Shown here one piece after another: positions 1 through 6,218 of a stretch of 29,198 bases of DNA. The notes under the pieces are model-generated. The model saw nothing but the letters and a program-made list of their open reading frames with translations. It did no database searches and was not told the DNA's origin. Numbering within the stretch: position 1 is the stretch's first letter; every line of letters begins with the position of its first letter. A program made the position numbers and the translations under genes. The stretch is from a virus, in IMG/VR virus record IMGVR_UViG_3300045988_012380, positions 1 through 29,198 of that record, one strand, 5' to 3'.

Positions 1-28
1 TTCTTGTTTCCTCCTGTGTACTTTAAGT

Positions 29-80
29 ACATATATAGTATAACATACACGTATATACTTGTAAAGAACTTTTAAAGAAA
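29..80 (-). promoter_or_regulatory. Sigma-A-type promoter, copy 1 of a duplicated element (TTTACA-17 nt-TATACT) with a near-palindromic operator-like spacer
   Basis: On the minus strand, -35 TTTACA lies at 65-60 and -10 TATACT at 42-37, with a 17-nt spacer. The spacer contains the near-palindrome ACAAGTATATACGTGT (47-62). A 39-nt core is identical to 1457-1495. An AGGAGG SD follows at 9-14 for a gene that starts beyond the left edge. Confidence 0.5.
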
Positions 81-103
81 ACAGACTATTTTTTTTTAGT
101 CTG
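70..103 (-). terminator. Rho-independent terminator after CDS 86..268
   Basis: Minus-strand hairpin CAGACTA-A8-TAGTCTG (103-82) is followed by TTTTCTTT. Confidence 0.55.
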
Positions 104-268
104 CATATCTTTTCTGATTAATTCTTTGATATATCCCATTTTAGAATCAACCTCATCCAATTTCTTTATGATGTCTGCGTCCGTATTGTAACTTAAACGA
201 ACGCAAATCATCGTTGTATTATTCTTATTTGATTTATTGTTAGCTCTAATCTTCGCTTCTGACGCCAT
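86..268 (-). CDS. Small hypothetical protein, possibly ribbon-helix-helix-like DNA binding
   Basis: The track ORF is 86..277. The start was moved to ATG 268, which lies 9 nt after GAGGA and forms a TAATG overlap with the upstream stop. The segment ICVRLSYNTDADIIKKLDEV..GYIKELIRKD has a beta-helix-helix flavour. This is a weak call. Confidence 0.4.
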   Translation of the reverse strand: MASEAKIRANNKSNKNNTTMICVRLSYNTDADIIKKLDEVDSKMGYIKELIRKDMQTKKK

Positions 269-600
269 TAAATCCATTCCTCAATATCTTTAATTGTATA
301 TGATTCCATATCAAATACCTTTTCTTCTTCGTCCCAACCTTCAACACAAATTTCACATGGCACTTCAATTGTGTCAACATATCCGTAAATATGATGTACT
401 TCAATTATGATACATCCTTCTAAATATCCTACATCACCTTTCCATTCAATCAAATCTAAGCAATCATTAATATCTGTAGTTCTAATTCCGTTCTCATCAT
501 AATAATATAAATCTCTGCTAGTATTTAATTCATCTGCTTTCTTCACAAAGTCTGTGTGTTCTCCAAATTCTTTGAAGTTCATCAATTGTTCTTTTGTCAT
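268..600 (-). CDS. Hypothetical protein (110 aa)
   Basis: ORF with SD AGGAGG followed by ATG. No recognisable motif. Confidence 0.5.
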   Translation of the reverse strand: MTKEQLMNFKEFGEHTDFVKKADELNTSRDLYYYDENGIRTTDINDCLDLIEWKGDVGYLEGCIIIEVHHIYGYVDTIEVPCEICVEGWDEEEKVFDMESYTIKDIEEWI

Positions 601-617
601 TTCTGCTTCCTCCTAAA

Positions 618-863
618 TTAATCAATTGTGATTTTCTTTCCGAAAATATCATTGTATCTATTACTACTAGAATACCACTTATCGCTAAACATATCATATT
701 GTTTCACGATTAAAGGATTCTTTTTTCCTGTAACAATATGAACATAATCCATATTGCTTGGCATAGAATGGACATATTCGTCCATTCTATTTTTAAGACT
801 TGTCAATGAGTTACTTTTATCAACGACTTCTCCTTGCATTACTGCATAATATTTAAATGTCAT
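618..863 (-). CDS. Hypothetical protein (81 aa)
   Basis: ORF with SD AGAGGG followed by ATG. Confidence 0.5.
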   Translation of the reverse strand: MTFKYYAVMQGEVVDKSNSLTSLKNRMDEYVHSMPSNMDYVHIVTGKKNPLIVKQYDMFSDKWYSSSNRYNDIFGKKITID

Positions 864-865
864 TT

Positions 866-1138
866 CTAGTGCCCTCTTTTTAATTGTCTCAATTCGTGTA
901 ATTCACATATCATATCCCAGTTTTTTTGGAATTGTTTCATGTAGGATGATATATTGTGAAAAACGATTCCTTGCGGTAATTCAAATTTATCAACTATGTT
1001 GTCTTTTTCAATTTCAAATATTGTCTTACTCACATATTGCTTTATTATCTTTCCGTTAAATCCATTATCGTTGAACCATTTAATAACATATTTTTCTTCT
1101 TTTGAGAAGTCCCATTTTGCATTAGTAGTATCTATCAT
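866..1138 (-). CDS. Hypothetical protein (90 aa)
   Basis: ORF with SD AAGGAGG, a 7-nt spacer and ATG. Confidence 0.5.
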   Translation of the reverse strand: MIDTTNAKWDFSKEEKYVIKWFNDNGFNGKIIKQYVSKTIFEIEKDNIVDKFELPQGIVFHNISSYMKQFQKNWDMICELHELRQLKRGH

Positions 1139-1159
1139 TTCTTGCGTCCTCCTTATATA

Positions 1160-1249
1160 TTACTTAACAAACCAAACAACCAATAACGCAATTAATAATA
1201 AAATTACAATTACATCTAAAATCATTTTGATTTTTTGCAATCTTTCCAT
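1160..1249 (-). CDS. Micro-ORF, 29-aa single-pass membrane peptide
   Basis: Not in the track (too short). AAAAGGAG is followed by 8 nt and ATG. The peptide is MERLQKIKMILDVIVILLLIALLVVWFVK, with one hydrophobic helix. Confidence 0.35.
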   Translation of the reverse strand: MERLQKIKMILDVIVILLLIALLVVWFVK

Positions 1250-1295
1250 TTCTTGTTTCTCCTTTTATGTGATACAATCAAGGTGATCTAGGGAA

Positions 1296-1415
1296 TCAAT
1301 TCCCTAAGCTCTTAATGAAAGTTATTGTTAGTACTATAATCTCAATAACATTCTTAGCAATCTCTAAGTAGATGTTTACCCGTTCTGCTTTGTGATTGCT
1401 TTTTTTGTGGTTCAT
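1296..1415 (-). CDS. Micro-ORF, 39 aa, basic N-terminus and hydrophobic C-terminus
   Basis: Not in the track. AAAGGAG is followed by 7 nt and ATG. The peptide is MNHKKSNHKAERVNIYLEIAKNVIEIIVLTITFIKSLGN. It is the first ORF after promoter copy 2. Confidence 0.35.
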   Translation of the reverse strand: MNHKKSNHKAERVNIYLEIAKNVIEIIVLTITFIKSLGN

Positions 1416-1456
1416 TGTTTAACTCCTTTCTTTTAATTCCTTGTCTTTAACTGACC

Positions 1457-1508
1457 ACATATATAGTATAACATACACGTATATACTTGTAAAGAGTTTT
1501 TAAAGAAA
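1457..1508 (-). promoter_or_regulatory. Sigma-A-type promoter, copy 2 of the duplicated element
   Basis: On the minus strand, -35 TTTACA lies at 1493-1488 and -10 TATACT at 1470-1465, with a 17-nt spacer. The core 1457-1495 is identical to 29-67, and the similarity continues into the T-rich flank. Confidence 0.55.
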
Positions 1509-1537
1509 AATAAAAAAAGCCCTGTATAAACAGAGCT
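1505..1537 (-). terminator. Rho-independent terminator closing the lysis operon
   Basis: Minus-strand hairpin AGCTCTG-TTTATA-CAGGGCT (1537-1518) is followed by TTTTTTTATTTTT. Confidence 0.7.
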
Positions 1538-1589
1538 ACCATAGATTAACATCAAAATGAATATTAACCTCAAACCTATTCAATTATAA

Positions 1590-1623
1590 CATATATAAAG
1601 AGCCTATGCATTACACATAGGCT
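1590..1623 (-). terminator. Hairpin immediately after the endolysin stop (weak terminator)
   Basis: An 8-bp stem AGCCTATG/CATAGGCT (1623-1601) is followed by CTTTATATAT, which is only moderately U-rich. Confidence 0.35.
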
Positions 1624-1629
1624 TTAGTA

Positions 1630-3090
1630 TTATTTAAATAGTTTCGACACCTTTTTTAATATTTTTAAAATCAAAGCAATAATCTGATTGATTCCATTTA
1701 CATTAATTTTATCGTTTTTTGAATCATTACTTGAATCATCTTTTTTAATTTCTTCTTTTTTTGGATTTGACTTATAAAAATCAATATCGTGATATATCAC
1801 ATTCTTATCCAATGGATTTGATGTATATTGATAAATCACTGCTTTGTCTGAATGGTCAAACTGAAGCGTTCCGTCATTAGAGCCATATTGCGCAATCCAT
1901 AATGGATATTCTGTATCCACATAAGTTCCAATCCATGAAGTAGATGTATACACACCTGTGTAGTATCCTTGTTCCTTAAAATAGTCGCAGAACACTTTAC
2001 AAACCATCGAACAATGTTCTTTAGTAAGTAATCCATTCTTTTCTTTCCATCCTTTTTCGCCTTGCTTAACACTTGAATCTTCCATATCCATCCAAACACC
2101 TAATTGAATATTCTTTCCTTTGATTAATTCATGTGTATATTTAGCTTGCTCTAATGCAGTTTGCTTGCTATCACAATAATCATAACAATACACGCCATAT
2201 GGAATGCCTTTATCTTCTAACATCTTAGAGAATTCGTCGAATTTTTTATCTTTAGTTGTCCACCAATTTGCACGAATAATTGCAAAGTCTACATTGCTTA
2301 AATCTACATTGCTATTGTACTCCGAAAGGTCGATTCCGTATCCTTTGACATTCTTTGTATAATCAACTTTTTCAATCGGTTTTTCTACTGGTTTAGTTTC
2401 TTCTTTAACTTCTGAGAATGTTGCCCACAATTCTTTACCTTGAATTTCAGAATTTGAAATAGCCATAAATTGAGTCTTATCTTTATTTACTACCCATCTA
2501 TGCCCATTTGCAACAACTTTATAGTAATACTCAAATTGAAAGCCTGTATTTACACGTTTGATAACTGCTCCGTTTGGTGAGCTTTGTCTAATTGCTACTG
2601 CGTCAACTGTAAGTGTAGCTAATGCGTGCTCTGATACCAATTTATTGACATCATATGTAGTGTTAGATGTTTGATTCACTAAACATTTAGGTCTAAATCC
2701 TGTATCGTATGTGGCACTGTATGGGAATTTACATAGATTAAATGCTCCTCCTACGCCACCTTGATTTTGACCTAGAAACCAACCATATTTTCCATCAATA
2801 TCAGAATCAAAAATAGCAATATGCGAATATGGTGTAACATTTGGCACTTCTTTGAATACGACAATATCACCGGGTTGATATACAGATACTTCAATACTGT
2901 TTTGTAAGATTCCATTTGTCTTTCTATATATCCAAATATCTTTTGCGTATCCGCTTACTGTACAACTAATTCTTTTGTATCCTAGTTTCTCATACCAATA
3001 CATTGCACCGTCCCAACATTGAGCACTATAATATCCATCAATGTCGAAAGCTTTGCCTAATACGGCTTTTTTAAAATCTTGATAATTTAT
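1630..3090 (-). CDS. Endolysin with CHAP, SH3b-like and GH25 muramidase domains
   Basis: The track ORF is 1630..3144. CHAP motifs are present (YYSAQCWDG Cys and SHIAIFD His). A central SH3b-like stretch is followed by a GH25-like region (GIDLSEYN, AIIRA, LWIAQYG). The start is placed at in-frame ATA 3090-3088, 9 nt after AAGGAGG (3106-3100). The 18 upstream codons carry a TGCTATAAT box and the SD and look non-coding. ATG 3144 is the canonical alternative. Confidence 0.85.
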   Translation of the reverse strand: MNYQDFKKAVLGKAFDIDGYYSAQCWDGAMYWYEKLGYKRISCTVSGYAKDIWIYRKTNGILQNSIEVSVYQPGDIVVFKEVPNVTPYSHIAIFDSDIDGKYGWFLGQNQGGVGGAFNLCKFPYSATYDTGFRPKCLVNQTSNTTYDVNKLVSEHALATLTVDAVAIRQSSPNGAVIKRVNTGFQFEYYYKVVANGHRWVVNKDKTQFMAISNSEIQGKELWATFSEVKEETKPVEKPIEKVDYTKNVKGYGIDLSEYNSNVDLSNVDFAIIRANWWTTKDKKFDEFSKMLEDKGIPYGVYCYDYCDSKQTALEQAKYTHELIKGKNIQLGVWMDMEDSSVKQGEKGWKEKNGLLTKEHCSMVCKVFCDYFKEQGYYTGVYTSTSWIGTYVDTEYPLWIAQYGSNDGTLQFDHSDKAVIYQYTSNPLDKNVIYHDIDFYKSNPKKEEIKKDDSSNDSKNDKINVNGINQIIALILKILKKVSKLFK

Positions 3091-3114
3091 TAAAAAAATC
3101 CTCCTTATATGCCG

Positions 3115-3123
3115 ATTATAGCA
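3115..3123 (-). promoter_or_regulatory. Extended -10 box TGCTATAAT upstream of the endolysin SD
   Basis: The minus strand reads TGC-TATAAT at 3123-3115. There is no good -35. Confidence 0.35.
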
Positions 3124-3140
3124 CATAAAGAGGATATTTA

Positions 3141-3578
3141 TCATTGATATACTGAAAACATTTCTCTTAACTTATCTCTTACCATTTCTCTTTCTTCTTG
3201 AAAGTCGCTAGACGTTTTCATTTCTTCTAAGATTCCATACATAGCACTAAGAAATGCTTCTAATTCACGAATTGAATTTTGTTTATCAATTTCATTGTTA
3301 TCTTTTCGATATTCTTTTTTAGCTTCTATGTATTTCCTAAAATGGCTATTCATCAATGCGATATTATCATCAATTTCCGTTCCTTCAATATCTGTATCAT
3401 TTGTTTTTAATGCATTTATAGCAGTTCTTCCATCACTCATAGCTAGTATTGTATCAATGTCTTTGATATTGTCTAAAGCTTGGCTCATAACTTTAAAATC
3501 TAAATCATTGTATCCTTTTTCTAGTCCTCTCATTGCTTCGGTTAAGAGGTCTAGATTCCTTTTTCTAACCTCTTGCAT
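3141..3578 (-). CDS. Hypothetical all-alpha/coiled-coil protein (145 aa)
   Basis: ORF with ATG start. Its stop overlaps ATG 3144. No recognisable family. Confidence 0.5.
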   Translation of the reverse strand: MQEVRKRNLDLLTEAMRGLEKGYNDLDFKVMSQALDNIKDIDTILAMSDGRTAINALKTNDTDIEGTEIDDNIALMNSHFRKYIEAKKEYRKDNNEIDKQNSIRELEAFLSAMYGILEEMKTSSDFQEEREMVRDKLREMFSVYQ

Positions 3579-3585
3579 GATACAC

Positions 3586-4005
3586 CTACGCTAATTTCTT
3601 AATGATGATATTTGCATTTTGAACAGATAAATCTAAGCCACTGTTATTACCTAAGGTGATTGTGTAAGAAGCTCCACAAGGTACTTGAATCAATGTAGCT
3701 CCACTAACATTTCCATATGCACTTGCGGTAGCTACATTATATAAAGATTGTGTTCCTCCTACTGCTTCTCCATTCTGTTCTAATTCTAAAGAAGCAACTC
3801 CTACTGTTGCACTTGTGATATCTGCCGTATATTCTACTTCATAAATTCCTTGTTTCGTCAACGTAAATAGTCCACTTCCCACATCATGAGCAAGCCAACC
3901 TTTACAAGCACATTGGCATGATTTCGTTCTTACTCTATCCGTTGGAAATAATACATTTTGTCCGTTTGCTACTGTCTGTACTGCCGTTGCTATACTATTA
4001 ATCAT
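3586..4005 (-). CDS. C1q/TNF-like beta-sandwich protein resembling the BclA exosporium C-terminal domain (tentative)
   Basis: SD AGGAGG followed by ATG. The motif order ANGQNVLF..GSGLFTL..GIYEVEY..LELEQNGEAVGG..GATLIQV..ITLGN..ANIIIKKL matches my recollection of BclA-CTD-type domains. No collagen GXX repeats are present. Confidence 0.45.
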   Translation of the reverse strand: MINSIATAVQTVANGQNVLFPTDRVRTKSCQCACKGWLAHDVGSGLFTLTKQGIYEVEYTADITSATVGVASLELEQNGEAVGGTQSLYNVATASAYGNVSGATLIQVPCGASYTITLGNNSGLDLSVQNANIIIKKLA

Positions 4006-4021
4006 TTTTCTTTTCCTCCTA

Positions 4022-4053
4022 TTTAAAATAAATGGGTAGCCTTTCGACTACCC
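4022..4053 (-). terminator. Rho-independent terminator after CDS 4089..4700
   Basis: Minus-strand stem GGGTAGTC/GGCTACCC with a GAAA loop (4053-4034) is followed by ATTTATTTT. Confidence 0.65.
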
Positions 4054-4088
4054 TATAATCCAAAGGCTATTGCCTAATCTCTTTCGAG

Positions 4089-4700
4089 CTAGATTTGGTT
4101 ACATCCACAACCTGTCATATTATACGCATAATAAGGTGAGCAAGTAAGATATGCAGGTTTTGGCGTTGGTTGCAATGTGTTAATGATATTTGCAGATTGC
4201 GCCTGTTGACTTAATTGGAAATTAGCCGTCAATAAATCTCTATCTCTATCTGCTAATTTATCACGTAATTCTTGCATTGTGTTAGCATTAATCAATGCTC
4301 TTGTTGCTTCGCCTTCTGCGTGGATTGCAGTGGTAATATCACACGTGTTTTTAAAGCTCTGTGTATTTACACCATCAATCGCTCTTTGCGTTGCACAACA
4401 ACATTCTTGATTCTGTTGTCCTAGATTCTGCAAACCTAATTGAGTTGTGTATCGGCTTTCTAAAATGTCTCTTGAATTTTGATAGCCTTGGCTAGATACA
4501 TTCTGATTTGTGTTGAATAAATCACGCTTAATAAATTCTTGATTCATTAATTCATCATTCTGTAGGTTGCCATTGTTACCCCAATTTCCACCAAATAATA
4601 AGAATAACAGGATAATCCAAATCCAATATCCTCCACCAAATTCATTGTTGTTTCTGTCTGCTAAATCGTACATTGGTTGAATACCATTCATGCTTTCCAT
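4089..4700 (-). CDS. Membrane-anchored Gln/Asn-rich, Cys-cluster protein (203 aa), unknown function
   Basis: SD AAGGAGG followed by ATG. There is one TM-like segment (GGGYWIWIILLFLLFGGNWG). Cys clusters occur at ECCCATQ and at the C-terminal CSPYYAYNMTGCGCNQI. Confidence 0.55.
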   Translation of the reverse strand: MESMNGIQPMYDLADRNNNEFGGGYWIWIILLFLLFGGNWGNNGNLQNDELMNQEFIKRDLFNTNQNVSSQGYQNSRDILESRYTTQLGLQNLGQQNQECCCATQRAIDGVNTQSFKNTCDITTAIHAEGEATRALINANTMQELRDKLADRDRDLLTANFQLSQQAQSANIINTLQPTPKPAYLTCSPYYAYNMTGCGCNQI

Positions 4701-4724
4701 TTATATTTCCTCCTTTCAACGCAA

Positions 4725-4934
4725 TTAGCGTTTTAGCCAATATTGACTAGCCACTGATTCAAATTGTTGTTTCTGTTGTGGCGTTAACTGCCCCATCATA
4801 TTATTCAATAATACTTGGGGATTTTGCCCACTCTGCATTAATTGTTGTAATTGATTAAATGCTTGTGGGTTTCTTTGTTGCAACATACCCATCAACATTT
4901 GTTGAGGGTTCATCATATTCATTAAAGGATTCAC
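4725..4934 (-). CDS. Small Gln/Met/Asn-rich low-complexity protein (69 aa)
   Basis: GTG start sits 8 nt after AAAGGAG and forms a GTGA overlap with the upstream stop. Composition is MNPLMNMMNPQQMLMGMLQQRNPQ... Confidence 0.45.
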   Translation of the reverse strand: MNPLMNMMNPQQMLMGMLQQRNPQAFNQLQQLMQSGQNPQVLLNNMMGQLTPQQKQQFESVASQYWLKR

Positions 4935-5356
4935 GCTTTAAGCTCCTTTCTAGGCGTTTCTTTCTCTACCCTTGTATTTATATTACTTCCGTTTTTTAGA
5001 CCTAATATCATAGCTTCTAGCTTGTCTAAGCGTTGTTCTATGTTGTCTTTCTTTGGTTCTGTCTCTTCTTGGAATCTGTATTTCTTGAAACTGCCGTCTA
5101 ATGATTTCATGTAGAACACTGAATCATTTCTATCTAGCATAATACTAGGCAAACCATTCACCATCATATTCCTTGCTTCTTGTTCATTATTGACCCATTT
5201 TCCATTAAAATCATTTAATCCCATGTTAGGCGTGATTTGGTTGTTAATATTAATAGGTGGAATATTTGCTAGTTGTTGAATGTTCTGTAATTGCGATTCA
5301 ATCATCTGCTTTTGATTCATTAAATTATTGATTCTGTCATTAATTGGATTATACAT
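4931..5356 (-). CDS. Gln/Asn-rich hypothetical protein (141 aa)
   Basis: The track ORF is 4931..5365 with a GTG start. The ATG at 5356 lies 6 nt after AGAGGTG and is preferred. Confidence 0.5.
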   Translation of the reverse strand: MYNPINDRINNLMNQKQMIESQLQNIQQLANIPPININNQITPNMGLNDFNGKWVNNEQEARNMMVNGLPSIMLDRNDSVFYMKSLDGSFKKYRFQEETEPKKDNIEQRLDKLEAMILGLKNGSNINTRVEKETPRKELKA

Positions 5357-5432
5357 TTTGCTCACCTCTTTACACTCCTAATTATATTCATGTGCAATCT
5401 CAATTTGTTTCCACATTAATGTCAAATAAATG

Positions 5433-5460
5433 TCAAAAAAAAGAGGTTTTTCAACCTCTT
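5433..5460 (-). terminator. Strong rho-independent terminator after the sigma-like gene
   Basis: Minus-strand hairpin AGAGGTT-GAAA-AACCTCT (5460-5441) is followed by T8. Confidence 0.75.
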
Positions 5461-5725
5461 AATTATCATCTAAAAACGTTTCTTTTTCACTGCTTTTTCT
5501 TGGTGGTAGGACTGCGCTATACTTCTCTACTGTATCATACTTATTCTTAATCTTTTTGATAATTCGATTCACACTAGAAACACTCATGTTTAATCTATCG
5601 GCTTGTTCTCTAACTGTCCATCCGTATATTCTTGTTCTTAAAATCATTTCTTCATCTTTAGTTAATAAAGCTAGATTAATAAATTCTTCAAGAATAATCT
5701 TATTCCAAGGTACTTGATTCGTCAT
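5459..5725 (-). CDS. Small sigma-70 region-4-like / HTH transcription regulator
   Basis: The track ORF is 5459..5746 with a TTG start. ATG 5725 is preferred, but the start is uncertain. The segment LTKDEEMILRTRIYGWTVREQADRLNMSVSSVNRIIKKIKNK looks like a sigma region 4 / LuxR-type HTH. The gene overlaps the 3' end of the holin gene. Confidence 0.5.
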   Translation of the reverse strand: MTNQVPWNKIILEEFINLALLTKDEEMILRTRIYGWTVREQADRLNMSVSSVNRIIKKIKNKYDTVEKYSAVLPPRKSSEKETFLDDN

Positions 5726-6206
5726 TGTCTTGTTCTTCGTTAACAAGTTTATCTGCTACTTCCAAACCTTTAGTTAATGCTTTTGGTACTTTGTAGCCAC
5801 ATTGTAATAAATTCTCCATAACGCTACGAGATTCATTAATACATAGCGAAGCTAACACAAACCAACCTAGCAATGTAGATACATGGAAATTAAGTCCTAG
5901 AATTTCTCCAACTTCTACCAAAAAAGCACTGAACGTGAACGCAACGACAATCATAATCCAATAGCCTAGCTTTTTAAGCACTCCAATCCATCCTTTATTA
6001 CTATTGATTTTATGAGCAATAGCCGACTTCATGCACCCCGTAATGTAGTCAACTACATTCATAAATAAGAAGAATGCGAATAAATACCAATGTTCACCTA
6101 ATACGTATGTTAATACGGCAACGGCTACTCCACCCATTGCATTCATCTTGTCTAGAAAATACATACTTCTTGTTATTTGTTTAAATCCTCCATTGTTCTT
6201 TTCTAT
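5700..6206 (-). CDS. Holin, TcdE/phage_holin_4_1-like
   Basis: The track ORF is 5700..6215. It has about 3-4 TM segments and sits directly after the tail genes. GTG 6215 abuts the SD with no spacer. ATA 6206-6204 lies 8 nt after AAGGAG. A second SD (GGAGG) followed by 10 nt and ATA occurs at 6176-6174. Confidence 0.75.
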   Translation of the reverse strand: MEKNNGGFKQITRSMYFLDKMNAMGGVAVAVLTYVLGEHWYLFAFFLFMNVVDYITGCMKSAIAHKINSNKGWIGVLKKLGYWIMIVVAFTFSAFLVEVGEILGLNFHVSTLLGWFVLASLCINESRSVMENLLQCGYKVPKALTKGLEVADKLVNEEQDNDESSTLE

Positions 6207-6218
6207 TAAATTCACTCC

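Noticed and set aside
1836-2099. An 87-aa minus-strand ORF nested inside the endolysin gene
   Set aside because: It lies out of frame within the GH25 domain coding region. It has no SD and no recognisable protein features.
3091-3144. N-terminal extension of the endolysin (MINILFMCYNRHIRRIFL)
   Set aside because: This stretch contains the TGCTATAAT box and the AAGGAGG SD. It does not resemble a CHAP-lysin N-terminus. It was kept only as the canonical ATG alternative.
5381-5436. The tandem TTGACA boxes plus TATAAT as a canonical sigma-A promoter for the cargo operon
   Set aside because: The spacing from either TTGACA to the TATAAT is 33 or 44 nt, far from the canonical 17 nt. The boxes may be binding sites or may serve a different sigma factor. 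No promoter feature was called.
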